From NCBI GenBank assembly GCA_020724585.1, contig DYGS01000001.1, forward strand, positions 559,027 through 623,026: 64,000 nucleotides of DNA, given 5' to 3'. The first letter of the stretch is position 1. Each line of letters starts with the position of its first letter. This stretch comes from Candidatus Microgenomatus sp. (GTDB lineage: Bacteria; Patescibacteriota; Microgenomatia; UBA8517). The notes under the pieces are model-generated. The model searched no databases and was not told where the DNA came from. It worked only from the letters and a program-made list of their open reading frames with translations. Below are positions 36,376 through 45,760 of this stretch, piece by piece. A program made the position numbers and the translations under genes.

Positions 36376-37572
36376 TTAAAATTCTTTTTTAAAATTGTTC
36401 AAAATCGCCTCCGCTAGTGCACTCGACAAAACGGTTGGAACAGCGTTTCCAACCTGTAGATTTCTATCCTGTCTTGATCCATAAAACTTATATGAATCTG
36501 GAAAACACTGTATTCTTGCTCCCTCTCTTGTAGTTAACGGTCTTGGTGCTTTAGGATGAATACACCTAGACGATGATGGTGTTCCTAAATTTCTGGTAAT
36601 CGTGGTTGAAGGTCTATTCCACCAAAGACGGCAATAGGTATTTTTAAAACCTGAGGATGGGCGTAAATCTTCAGGCAAATCCTTAGGTGTCCCACCGTCT
36701 GGCAATAACTCCATGATTTTTACAAGCTTTGGATTATTTCTAGGTGCATTATGGTCCATTAATTTTATCGGGGCGTTTATTCTCATTTTTCTTTGAAATT
36801 CATTTTTAGGCCCTGAAGCATATTCAAAACTCTCTTCGCCCGATTTTATAAAGGGAAGGTCACTAATAGCATCCTCAAGTGTCAAATAAGGTTTTAGCAA
36901 CCCATCAAATAATAATTGTGTATTCGATGGGTCATAATGTGTAGGCTCAGGATATTTGAAGTCACGATTAAGTTTCGACCCAATAATTACCACCCGCTCC
37001 CTTATTTGAGGTGCGCCAAAATCAGCCGCGTTAAGAACTTTATACCACACCTTGTAGCCTAATGACCGAAAAAGTGTGAGTATCGTCATTAGTAGTTCTC
37101 CGCGTTGCATTGAAAGCAATCCTTTTACATTTTCAAATAGAAAAACTCTTGGATTAAACTCACGCAGAACTCTGTAATATTCCTGGAATAGCTTACCTCT
37201 CGGATCATCTATTAGTCTTTTACCAACAGTTGAGTAAGCTTGGCATGGCGGACCACCAATCACAATATCTACCTCATTATCATAAACTCCCAAATCTTTC
37301 TTTATTTTATCAAAGTTAAAGTATTTAATATCTTCCGTATAGACTCTTACTGTTGGGTGATTTAATGAATAGGCTTTTGCCATGTTAGGCAATATTTCAT
37401 TAGCGGCAATTATTTCAAACTGTTCACAATTCGAAAAACCATAACTCAATCCGCCTACCCCACAAAATAGATCTATAACTTTAAGTTTTTTAGCCATAGT
37501 TCTAATCAAATTCAATTTCTTTATATTTAATTGGTGGTTCTGTAATTTTCCAAACAAAATAGTTTTGGTCAA
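36376..37572 (-). CDS. dcm: DNA (cytosine-5)-methyltransferase (type II R-M methylase)
   Basis: Motif I DLFCGVGG, motif IV GGPPCQAYS, motif VI ENV, motif VIII QRR. Likely true start at internal Met (MAKKLKVIDLF, ~37497), which gives a small overlap with the upstream gene. Confidence 0.85.
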   Translation of the reverse strand: MTKTILFGKLQNHQLNIKKLNLIRTMAKKLKVIDLFCGVGGLSYGFSNCEQFEIIAANEILPNMAKAYSLNHPTVRVYTEDIKYFNFDKIKKDLGVYDNEVDIVIGGPPCQAYSTVGKRLIDDPRGKLFQEYYRVLREFNPRVFLFENVKGLLSMQRGELLMTILTLFRSLGYKVWYKVLNAADFGAPQIRERVVIIGSKLNRDFKYPEPTHYDPSNTQLLFDGLLKPYLTLEDAISDLPFIKSGEESFEYASGPKNEFQRKMRINAPIKLMDHNAPRNNPKLVKIMELLPDGGTPKDLPEDLRPSSGFKNTYCRLWWNRPSTTITRNLGTPSSSRCIHPKAPRPLTTREGARIQCFPDSYKFYGSRQDRNLQVGNAVPTVLSSALAEAILNNFKKEF

Positions 37573-38278
37573 TATTAAAAACTGTCTGACCCTCCATTTG
37601 CTGCCTTGTTATCCAATTAATATTATTTTCAGATATTTGATTTAATTTTAAGAAGGCTGTCTGCCCATTATATAAATCTATATGAATTAAAATTGTCTCG
37701 ATACCCTCTAGTTCAAAAGCCTTTTTTGCTTCCAATACTTTGTGTTGTTTAATATCGTTTATTCCGCTAAAACCAGACTGCATTTCCACCTTTACTCTTT
37801 TATTATTTTCAAATTTTATTTCTAAATCAGCCTTTGGAGTTTTTTTGAACGAATTTATTTTCCTTAAGTCATCACTCCCTACTGGTTTAATTTTAGTTTT
37901 ATCAACCTCAAATATTAAACTTAGTGCTTTTGTGAAGTAATTTGAAATTACAAATCCTCTCATCCACGAAAAATAAACCTGTTCTGGTCGTCTTCCCAGA
38001 TTATTTAATCTGGGCAATATATTATTCTTTTTTATGATATCAAACGGTTCATCAATATACTTTCGACCAAACGAATTTAGATTATCGACTTTAATTTGGT
38101 CTGCAACGACAAAACTGAGATTCTTGATAATTTGGTAAAGGCGTTCATTGAGTAATTTGATATAATCAAAATCAATAGCAGGAACAACATCTTTAGCACT
38201 CAAAAAATTTTTAAAATTAGTTTGACTACTAAAGCCAAATTTTTGACGGTATTGTTTAAAATCTTCAGCGGCAAACAT
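37502..38278 (-). CDS. putative cognate type II restriction endonuclease
   Basis: 258-aa ORF immediately upstream of and overlapping the C5-methyltransferase in the same orientation. No family assignment is possible from sequence alone. Confidence 0.45.
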   Translation of the reverse strand: MFAAEDFKQYRQKFGFSSQTNFKNFLSAKDVVPAIDFDYIKLLNERLYQIIKNLSFVVADQIKVDNLNSFGRKYIDEPFDIIKKNNILPRLNNLGRRPEQVYFSWMRGFVISNYFTKALSLIFEVDKTKIKPVGSDDLRKINSFKKTPKADLEIKFENNKRVKVEMQSGFSGINDIKQHKVLEAKKAFELEGIETILIHIDLYNGQTAFLKLNQISENNINWITRQQMEGQTVFNIDQNYFVWKITEPPIKYKEIEFD

Positions 38279-38342
38279 AGTTCTTATGCATCCTATTCAC
38301 TTACCATTGTACTTTAAATTCCAAATTTTTGGAAAGCTAATG

Positions 38343-39629
38343 TCAAATCAATTTTTTAATTTTTTTCCATGTGGCTTCGTAAGAAAAATGTTTCTGGCCC
38401 AACATAAAGTTTTTTTCAACAAGGCTTTTGATTTTATGAGTATTATTTAGATAACTTAATACTCTATTTACATCTTTTTTTGCCACACTGGGAGTTATTT
38501 CAATTGCTCCAAAACCCAAAGGCTTAATGTCTTTTTTATAAACCTCATAAGGAGTTATGATTACCGGTTTTTTAAAATAAACACTTTCAATAAATTGGTT
38601 GCCAAATCCTTCAAGTTCAGTTGGATAAGTTATAAAATCTGCATTTTTAAATGCATCCCAAAGTGTATAAACCCTTCTTCCAGTTCCTGGAATTATCCTC
38701 CTTCTAGAATTAACAAAATCACCAATAAACAAAACCCTCGACCCGTATTCTTTAGTTAATTGGTGTAATTTATTCTCATACTCATGGCCCTCGTCGCCGG
38801 AATGTCCTGCTATCACAAGCACAATATTTGGATTATTAAGTTTTTTGATAAGGTCAATTGAAACTTCAATTCTTTTTCTGGGCACAATTCTTGTAGGTTG
38901 AAGGAAAACAATGTCGTGAGGGGTTATCCCAAAATCTTTTCTAAAATTCTTGGAAAAACCGTCGTGTCTACTTAATTTTTTAGATGAGAAATCAAAGCAG
39001 TCGGTAATTATATCCGATCCTAAGTTAAATCTCTTTTTTAATTCCTTTTGAGAAATAGAATTTATAACAACATCTCTAATTTCGGGTAAATCGGGCGGAA
39101 ACCATTTTTTAAAAAATGGAAACATCGAAGATTTTAAATATCTTTTTCTTTCCCACCAAAAATCATGATGTCTCGCAATTGTTGGGATTTTATATTCTTC
39201 GATAATTCTTTTTAAAGAAATTGAAAGTGGAAAATGCATTGGCAGTGAAAAAACATTGGCAACGACTAAAAGATCCGGTTTTTTGCCATTTAAAGCATCT
39301 CGTAGTGCCCCTTCAATTTTCCCCGCGATCTTAAAAATTTCAGCTTGAACCGATTTATAATTATTATTTCCATAAACTATCTTTTGATGAAGTTCATAAA
39401 CTTCCGGGGAATTAAAATGAAGCTCGGGTATGACAATTCCCCTCCTATCAAGATCACCGGCCACATATTTAACTTTAAATTCATGCCTTTTAAATATGTT
39501 TCCCCATCTAACAGCCTCAAGTGAAACGCCATCATTTCCCGCGATGCGAAAGGATAATATCCAAACCAATTTTTTGGTTTTCATGACCTTATCAATATTT
39601 AATACTTTTAACAAAAATAAATCAATCAT
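38343..39629 (-). CDS. GT4-like (GT-B fold) glycosyltransferase
   Basis: N-terminal ISFRIAGNDGVSLEAVRW; E-x7-E motif EGFGNQFIE. Confidence 0.55.
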   Translation of the reverse strand: MIDLFLLKVLNIDKVMKTKKLVWILSFRIAGNDGVSLEAVRWGNIFKRHEFKVKYVAGDLDRRGIVIPELHFNSPEVYELHQKIVYGNNNYKSVQAEIFKIAGKIEGALRDALNGKKPDLLVVANVFSLPMHFPLSISLKRIIEEYKIPTIARHHDFWWERKRYLKSSMFPFFKKWFPPDLPEIRDVVINSISQKELKKRFNLGSDIITDCFDFSSKKLSRHDGFSKNFRKDFGITPHDIVFLQPTRIVPRKRIEVSIDLIKKLNNPNIVLVIAGHSGDEGHEYENKLHQLTKEYGSRVLFIGDFVNSRRRIIPGTGRRVYTLWDAFKNADFITYPTELEGFGNQFIESVYFKKPVIITPYEVYKKDIKPLGFGAIEITPSVAKKDVNRVLSYLNNTHKIKSLVEKNFMLGQKHFSYEATWKKIKKLI

Positions 39630-39667
39630 TGAGAATTGGTAAAATTTAATTTAAAATAGCTATTTGT

Positions 39668-39853
39668 ATGGCGAAAAAAGGTGCAAGAGAAATTGTTGGC
39701 ATGATTTGTAAAGATTGCAAGTCACAGAATTATGTCACCGAAAGAAATAAGGTTAATATGGATGTTAAAGGCAGGGGCAAACTTGAACTTAAAAAATACT
39801 GTCAAACCTGCAAAAAACAAACTCTTCACAAAGAAACCTCAAAACTTAAATAG
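39668..39853 (+). CDS. rpmG: 50S ribosomal protein L33
   Basis: CKDCKSQNY...CQTCKKQTLHKETSKLK zinc ribbon pattern of L33. Confidence 0.8.
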   Translation: MAKKGAREIVGMICKDCKSQNYVTERNKVNMDVKGRGKLELKKYCQTCKKQTLHKETSKLK

Positions 39854-40020
39854 TGTGTCACTGATTTTTATTCCACCAAATTTCAACCCTTGGACAATTC
39901 TCCAGATCTTATACTTTTTAGGGTGTCTTTTTTTCATGACTACCTCGTCTATATTCCAATTAACTAGCATTAGTTAAATATAAAGCTTTTTGGTACAATA
40001 ATCTAGATTTTAAATAAAAA

Positions 40021-40111
40021 GGGTGTCGTTCAATGGTAAGCAGAGCTTGGCCATTGAACTAGTTAGATGTTCAATGGTAAACAGAGCTTGGCCATTGAAC
40101 TAGTTAGATGA
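40021..40111 (+). repeat. tandem duplication of the tRNA-Trp 5' segment: [GGGTGTC][GTTCAATGGTAA(G/A)CAGAGCTTGGCCATTGAACTAGTTAGAT] x2; each unit forms an 8-bp-stem hairpin TTCAATGG...CCATTGAA
   Basis: 40021-40038 identical to tRNA positions 40114-40131; unit repeated at 40028 and 40069. Confidence 0.8.
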
Positions 40112-40182
40112 AAGGGTGTCGTTCAATGGTAGGACATCGGTCTCCAAAACCGATAATGATAGTTCGATTCTATCCACCCTTG
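40112..40182 (+). tRNA. tRNA-Trp (anticodon CCA)
   Basis: Acceptor AAGGGTG/CACCCTT, D arm GTTC..GGAC, anticodon stem TCGGT/ACCGA with loop CTCCAAA, T arm GATAG TTCGATT CTATC, discriminator G. Confidence 0.75.
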
Positions 40183-40433
40183 CAAGAAAAGAAACACGCT
40201 CGGACAGGGTCGCCCCTGCCGGCGGGCGACCAAACAAAAAGAGCGAATTGAAGCCATTTTTGAGTACTGGTTTGAGGTGGCGGTTCTCCAAAAAGAAGTT
40301 CGATCCGGCGTTTTTTGCATGATTGGCTAAATCATGCAAATTATTTTTTGCGCGCGCGATTTTTGCCCCTGTTTTCGCGATTTTGATAAGTTCTAAAAGA
40401 GGTTCGAGTCTCCTTCCACCATTTTGATTAAAT

Positions 40434-41747
40434 TTAGACTTTTGGAGAGCAAATCTTTTGTTTTTCTTCAAAAATTTCATTCTTCTTTTTCTTGTAAACT
40501 TCAGGCTCAACAATATGCTCCAAATATCCATCAAGTAAGGTTTCCTCTTGATCCTCAAGATTTGAAATTTTTGATTGCAATTCTATTAATCTTTGAGAAG
40601 CAGATTGCTCTTCAATCAGTTTGTCTTTCTCATATAGATCCATGAATATTTTATATTCCTCGTCATCTATAGAGCATTTTAAGACCATGTTTCTAATCTG
40701 CTTCTCAAGTTCTACATCTGTTATGTATTTCTGTCTACAGTTCCCTAAACTTTTTGTGCATCTATAATAATTAAAAACAACTTTCCTGTTGGTTCTTTTG
40801 TAATATCTAGGATGGGTTTCAGCTGTAATAGCCGAACCACACTCAGCACACTTTATAAAACCGGTAAAAGGAAAGTTGTGTCCTTTAAGTCTCGGTCTTG
40901 CTAGTCTCTCCATTTGCTTTTGGACTTTGTTGAAAAGGTCTTTTGAAATGAAAGTTTTATGTGATCCTTTATACAAAACTCCGTTGTACAAAAACGTACC
41001 AACGTAAAATTTATTAGATAGCATATTTTTGACAGTATCAACTTTTAATTCCCTTTCACCTTTTCTATATATTCCACACTTAAATAACATTCTGGCAATT
41101 TCAGAATATGAAGTACCACCTTCTGCAAATTTTTCAAAAGCCTTTTTAACATATTTGGATTTTTCATCATCTACTTCAATTGATTTAATTTTCAAATCGT
41201 TGAAATATCCAATAGGAGCAAGTTTTGGCCAAACACCACGCCTTAGTTTTTCACGCAATCCTCGCTTTACATTTTCGCTTAAATTGTCAACATAATACTT
41301 GCTCTGTCCAAATGCGATTGAAAGCATAAACTTACCCTGTGGAGTATTATCAAACCAAAAAGTTGGGAACTTCAAGTCTAAAAGTTTGCCGGTATCTAAT
41401 AAATAAACAATTCTTCCGCCATCTATTGAATTTCTGGCAAGTCTATCTGGATGCCAAGAAAGAATTGCATTAGCTTCTCCTTTTTCAATTCTTTTTAAGA
41501 CCTCGGCAAACTTTTCTCTTCCAGGTTCTTTTGCGGTTTTACTTTCAGTTACAAAATCAATGACTTGAAGTTTTTCCCTTGAAGCAAACTCTTTTAATTC
41601 AGATAACTGTCCGTCAATAGACAACACCTGTCTATCTTTTTCATCAGTTGATTTTCGGCAATAACAAATGTATTTAATCATGTGGACAGAGTTCTCCTGT
41701 TTTCTAAAATTTTCGAGTTTTGTTTTTCTTCTTTTTTGTTTTGGCAA
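40434..41747 (-). CDS. large serine recombinase (phage-integrase/transposase type)
   Basis: N-terminal resolvase domain with catalytic Ser in YCRKSTDEK. Central recombinase domain. Zn-ribbon CAECGSAI...YYRCTKSLGNC. C-terminal coiled coil. Confidence 0.85.
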   Translation of the reverse strand: MPKQKRRKTKLENFRKQENSVHMIKYICYCRKSTDEKDRQVLSIDGQLSELKEFASREKLQVIDFVTESKTAKEPGREKFAEVLKRIEKGEANAILSWHPDRLARNSIDGGRIVYLLDTGKLLDLKFPTFWFDNTPQGKFMLSIAFGQSKYYVDNLSENVKRGLREKLRRGVWPKLAPIGYFNDLKIKSIEVDDEKSKYVKKAFEKFAEGGTSYSEIARMLFKCGIYRKGERELKVDTVKNMLSNKFYVGTFLYNGVLYKGSHKTFISKDLFNKVQKQMERLARPRLKGHNFPFTGFIKCAECGSAITAETHPRYYKRTNRKVVFNYYRCTKSLGNCRQKYITDVELEKQIRNMVLKCSIDDEEYKIFMDLYEKDKLIEEQSASQRLIELQSKISNLEDQEETLLDGYLEHIVEPEVYKKKKNEIFEEKQKICSPKV

Positions 41748-41847
41748 CTAAAACCAGAGTTAAAATTGCCCTTCAATCTGGTCTTTTCTGCAAGTGGCCG
41801 AATTCGGGCGGCCACGAAGCGAGAACGAATTTCCCTGTGGGCAGACT

Positions 41848-41935
41848 TGTACCGAAAAACTCGTACCGCTCTATTGTCGTAGCTCCGGCTCGTCACTTCG
41901 TTCCTCGCCTCCGCAAACGCCGGATCGAATTGTCC
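41848..41935 (+). repeat. GC-rich dispersed repeat, shortened copy D
   Basis: ...GTACCGAAAAACTCG...CCGGCTCG...CTCGCCTCCGCAAA...GGATCGAAT aligned to copy A. Confidence 0.5.
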
Positions 41936-42037
41936 TCTTGTTTTTAAAAACAAAACGAGAAAATTTTCGACAGCGACAAGCTGTCGCGCGCTATATTTTT
42001 ACTTTACTCTGTGAAGAAATTTATTCAAGCTTTAGAG

Positions 42038-42328
42038 TTATCTATCACCACATTGAGGGTGATATGAAGTTCTGATCGTAGACTCTATCCCTAGGCGCAT
42101 TTGCTCACCTGTCACTCTCAAAATATATAGATGTATATTGCCAGTTTTGCACGCTTCCCATTGTGACTGTCTTGGATGATTGGGGAATCTGTTGTTCAAA
42201 TCCTCTGTTTGTCCGACATCAAGCAGCCTCGGTTCAGCATCAATTATCGTATATACTGCCGCAATGGTATTGGTAAAACCCCTATAAGGATCGTACGGAC
42301 CTTCAAAGTTGTAACCTGATATATTCAT
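42038..42328 (-). CDS. small GIY-YIG nuclease-family protein
   Basis: AVYTIIDAEPRLLDVGQTEDLNNRFPNH = GIY...YIG...R...H pattern. Confidence 0.5.
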   Translation of the reverse strand: MNISGYNFEGPYDPYRGFTNTIAAVYTIIDAEPRLLDVGQTEDLNNRFPNHPRQSQWEACKTGNIHLYILRVTGEQMRLGIESTIRTSYHPQCGDR

Positions 42329-42347
42329 ACTTTCTTTGTTTTAGGGA

Positions 42348-42773
42348 TTGACAATCATAAAACATTGTAATAATATTACAACAGAGATGACAAAAAGTCA
42401 AGAGTTTTCTGCCCAAAACTTTGGTAGTTTCTTCAGAGATAAAAGGATTTCCCTGGGATTAAGTTTACGCAGTTTCTGTGAAAGATATGGCTACGATCCA
42501 GGAAACATAAGCAGACTCGAAAGAAACATACTTTCCCCAAGCATAGATGATGAGAAATTGGCAGGATATGCATCAGCTTTAAAAATACAAAGGGATAGCG
42601 AAGAGTGGGTACTTTTCCATGATTTAGCCCATGCCGCAAAGGGCAAAATTCCATCAGATATTAAAAATGACGAGGAAGTAATAAACATGCTTCCTGCATT
42701 TTTCCGAACAATGAGGAATAAGAAAATAGACAAGCAAAAATTGGAAAAGCTAATTCAACTACTTAAAAAATGA
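42348..42773 (+). CDS. XRE-family HTH transcriptional regulator
   Basis: FGSFFRDKRISLGLSLRSFCERYGYDPGNISRLERN helix-turn-helix. Confidence 0.75.
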   Translation: MTIIKHCNNITTEMTKSQEFSAQNFGSFFRDKRISLGLSLRSFCERYGYDPGNISRLERNILSPSIDDEKLAGYASALKIQRDSEEWVLFHDLAHAAKGKIPSDIKNDEEVINMLPAFFRTMRNKKIDKQKLEKLIQLLKK

Positions 42774-43394
42774 ATGAAAGATCCCACCTCCATATCCCTC
42801 ACCGAAGTCATAAATGCGGCTCGCGAATTCTCCAAAAAATATAACTCTGACTTAACCATTCCAACACCCATTGAAGATATTGTAGAAATACAACTTGGTA
42901 TAAAATTAATTCTTATTCAAGGATTAATACGTAACTTTAGTGTCAATGCTTTTATTACCCAAGATTTTTCTACGATTGTGGTTGATGAATACATGTTCTC
43001 GAAACAACCCGACAGAATTAGATTTACAATCGCGGAAGAAGTAGGTCATTTATTTCTACATAAAGACTGGTATTCTCTAAATGGCCCTAAATCGATTGAA
43101 GACTACTTAAAGTTTCAAGAAACAATTGACGGGAATCTTTACAGCTTTATAGAGAGACAGGCAAAAACTTTTGCGGGAATGATTTTAATTCCATCACCAG
43201 TGATCGAGCAAAAGTGGGCCGAGTTTGCTCAGAAAAATAACTTAAAAACACCATGCTTATTCTATGATTTACCTGACACCTTTCCAGACTTTGCTCGTTT
43301 ATTTCAAGTTAACCAGGTAAGTTTATTAATAAGACTCAAGGGCTTAAAATGTGTGGAGCTTCCGGACGGGTTTTGGAAAAAACTCAAAAAATAA
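42774..43394 (+). CDS. ImmA/IrrE-family metallopeptidase (COG2856-like)
   Basis: HExxH-like IAEEVGHLFLH; adjacent to and co-oriented with the XRE regulator, as in ImmR/ImmA modules of mobile elements. Confidence 0.6.
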   Translation: MKDPTSISLTEVINAAREFSKKYNSDLTIPTPIEDIVEIQLGIKLILIQGLIRNFSVNAFITQDFSTIVVDEYMFSKQPDRIRFTIAEEVGHLFLHKDWYSLNGPKSIEDYLKFQETIDGNLYSFIERQAKTFAGMILIPSPVIEQKWAEFAQKNNLKTPCLFYDLPDTFPDFARLFQVNQVSLLIRLKGLKCVELPDGFWKKLKK

Positions 43395-43404
43395 TACTAC
43401 TATT

Positions 43405-43794
43405 TCAATTCCTGCTTTCCAAAATTTTTTTCAGTTTTTCTAATATGTCTATTGTAAAAGGATCTGAAAGTTCTCCTTCATAAACCCATTCATAATATTC
43501 CATTTCACAAGAGTTGTTATCTAGTGGAGTAAATGTATATCTGACACGATAAGTTGAATTCTTTTGAGCAAAGGTAAATGTTTTGTCTTTTTCAAATTCT
43601 GTAACTTCATATTCGCTCCATACTCCTTCTTTATTTACATTTCTATATATACTTACAACTTTAACTGGCCATTCATTTGTTTCTTCTTTAACAATTGAAT
43701 TAACCCAAAGAGGTGTATTTTTCGGATCAGTAGTAAAGTTAAAAACTTCAGAAACTGGTTTATTTATCTTTATTGTTAGTTTTAAGTCTTTCAT
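43405..43794 (-). CDS. SRPBCC (START/Bet v1/AHSA1-like) domain protein
   Basis: 129 aa; beta-rich pattern [13 protein letters not shown]...[14 protein letters not shown] typical of polyketide-cyclase/AHSA1 family. Confidence 0.5.
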   Translation of the reverse strand: MKDLKLTIKINKPVSEVFNFTTDPKNTPLWVNSIVKEETNEWPVKVVSIYRNVNKEGVWSEYEVTEFEKDKTFTFAQKNSTYRVRYTFTPLDNNSCEMEYYEWVYEGELSDPFTIDILEKLKKILESRN

Positions 43795-43813
43795 TTGATT
43801 AATAAGTATAACT

Positions 43814-45058
43814 TTACTCTGTAGATACTTCTGGTACGCGTAACTCTTCTTCCTTTTCTTTTGCTAAACTTATTTTCGCGTCTTTTTTCTTTAGAGAAAG
43901 ATAAATAGTAATAGCAATTGCAATAAGTATGGACCAAGCTACTAGAAAGTACTCAAGTTTATTTTGCGAATTCAAACTACCTATAATTGGAGCTAGTGCA
44001 ACATATGGTAAAGTACGCAAAAATGAACCAACAGAAAGTACGGTTGCACGCTGGCTTTCGTCTGTGCGGTAGTTTAATACTTCACTCATAAAAGGAACTA
44101 GTACATGTTCTCCAGCATATAAAGTTAGAATTACGATGTAACCCCACCATCCAATGTTCGCAATTGATAGCAGTAAGCTTGTGGCAGCTAAACCAGCTAT
44201 TAAAGTTAAAACTCTCTTTTCACTTAAATTATCTGCGTTTTTATGCATATATCCTAAAATACCAACGGTTATCAAACTACACGAGGCAATAACTATTGAC
44301 CCAACAAATGGACTAAAATGAAATCTATCTATTAAAACTAGACGAAGTAGCCCCCACCCAGCTGCATAGAATAAACCTTGTACTGTAATGATTATTGGGA
44401 CATAAAGAGCCAGTTTTTGTTTACTAAATTCAGTAAAGCCATTTTTTATACCTAAGAGATGCTCACGAAGTTCAAAGAAAGCTTTCTTTTTGTCTGCTTT
44501 TACTCTTTTGTCTTTAACAGACCAAACAATGGCGACAGAGCTTATCAATGAAAATCCTGTCAGTATCCATGGAATCCTAGGGTCAATATTGTGAAGCCAA
44601 CCTCCGAAAATTGTCGCAAACATACCCCCAATTAAGGCTATTTGAGAACCTCTGGTTATAAGTTTCCTCCAATCAGGAGAAGATTCCTTAAATTTCAAGT
44701 TGTCAAAAAATAATGCCTCGTCTGCGCCAGACACAAAAGATACACCAATCATCATTGTCGCCTGTCCAAATATAAATTGTCCGAGACTACTACCAAACGC
44801 TTGTATTACCAAACCAGAGCCAGCCAAAAACTGACCAAGTCTAACCATCTTGTCTCTTCCAAATTTGTCTGCCATTACGCCAGATGGTACCTCTGCCATT
44901 AGACCGATAGCAAATGCAACGCTATCTAAAATTCCAACTTGGCTGTCAGTTATATAAATTCTATAAAAATATAACCAAACAGCACCTAAAAACCAAAGAT
45001 TGGTAAGAAGCTTATAGATAAGAAACCTGGTGGAAAGCCACTTTTGACTTTTTGTCAT
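43814..45058 (-). CDS. MFS transporter
   Basis: 12 predicted TM helices; MFS motif A-like [16 protein letters not shown]. Confidence 0.8.
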   Translation of the reverse strand: MTKSQKWLSTRFLIYKLLTNLWFLGAVWLYFYRIYITDSQVGILDSVAFAIGLMAEVPSGVMADKFGRDKMVRLGQFLAGSGLVIQAFGSSLGQFIFGQATMMIGVSFVSGADEALFFDNLKFKESSPDWRKLITRGSQIALIGGMFATIFGGWLHNIDPRIPWILTGFSLISSVAIVWSVKDKRVKADKKKAFFELREHLLGIKNGFTEFSKQKLALYVPIIITVQGLFYAAGWGLLRLVLIDRFHFSPFVGSIVIASCSLITVGILGYMHKNADNLSEKRVLTLIAGLAATSLLLSIANIGWWGYIVILTLYAGEHVLVPFMSEVLNYRTDESQRATVLSVGSFLRTLPYVALAPIIGSLNSQNKLEYFLVAWSILIAIAITIYLSLKKKDAKISLAKEKEEELRVPEVSTE

Positions 45059-45126
45059 TCTTCGACAATTATATCTCTAGGGAGTTCCTTTTTCACTACA
45101 AATAAATTATTGATATAATTCTAAAA

Positions 45127-45549
45127 ATGAAACTCCCCTGGTATGTTGTTCCAAAAACTGCCTTATTTGACTGGATTCCCTTGCTCGGAAAGTCTACTGC
45201 AAATAGTATTGGGCCATTTATCTTTATACCAACTAAAATATATATAGACTTAAAATCAGAAAATCCTAATCCCAAACACATTGCACTTCTAATTCATGAA
45301 GAAACTCACAGAAAAAGGCAAAAACAAATAGGATTTTTAAAGTTTGGAATGAAATACTTGTTTAATTCAAACTTTCGCTTTCAAGAAGAATTGATAGCCG
45401 TAAAAGAAGCTATGAAATATTTAAAGAAAAATAAAATAAAATTTGATTTTGACAAAAACTCAAAATTTCTTTCAAGTTATGTATATCTTTGGCCAGTCTC
45501 TAAAAAATATGCTGAAAAGGAACTAAAAAGAGTTTGGAATGAATTGTAG
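45127..45549 (+). CDS. HExxH-motif putative zinc metallohydrolase (DUF45/YgjP-like)
   Basis: ALLIHEETHRKRQKQ; family assignment weak. Confidence 0.35.
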   Translation: MKLPWYVVPKTALFDWIPLLGKSTANSIGPFIFIPTKIYIDLKSENPNPKHIALLIHEETHRKRQKQIGFLKFGMKYLFNSNFRFQEELIAVKEAMKYLKKNKIKFDFDKNSKFLSSYVYLWPVSKKYAEKELKRVWNEL

Positions 45550-45647
45550 CAGGGAGTTCATTAATTTCTACAAATACATTGTTCGCGCTGGGCTGGTTGG
45601 GGCAAGAACAATGTCAGGCGTTAGCCTGACCAAATCGCGCGCAAAAA

Positions 45648-45729
45648 AGCGGAGGCGAGGCCAAAGGCCGAGCCGGAGCGGAAGGTTCGGGTTATTCGAA
45701 TTGAGTTCGAATTTTTCGATACAACATTG
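45648..45729 (-). repeat. GC-rich dispersed repeat, internally deleted copy C
   Basis: AGCGGAGGCGAGGCCAAAGGCCGAGCCGGAGCG identical to copy B; flanking palindrome GTCAGGCTAACGCCTGAC. Confidence 0.6.
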
Positions 45730-45760
45730 CAAAGAAGGGAAAACAATATCATCAAAAGTC

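Noticed and set aside
40021-40111. Possible CRISPR array (regular direct repeats near a mobile element)
   Set aside because: Only ~2.5 units, no unique spacers; units are derived from the adjacent tRNA and are contiguous. No cas genes in the window.
40100-40558. 152-aa and 65/68-aa ORFs overlapping tRNA-Trp and the GC-rich region after it
   Set aside because: They overlap a well-folded tRNA and GC-rich palindromes; no coding signal, multiple mutually overlapping frames.
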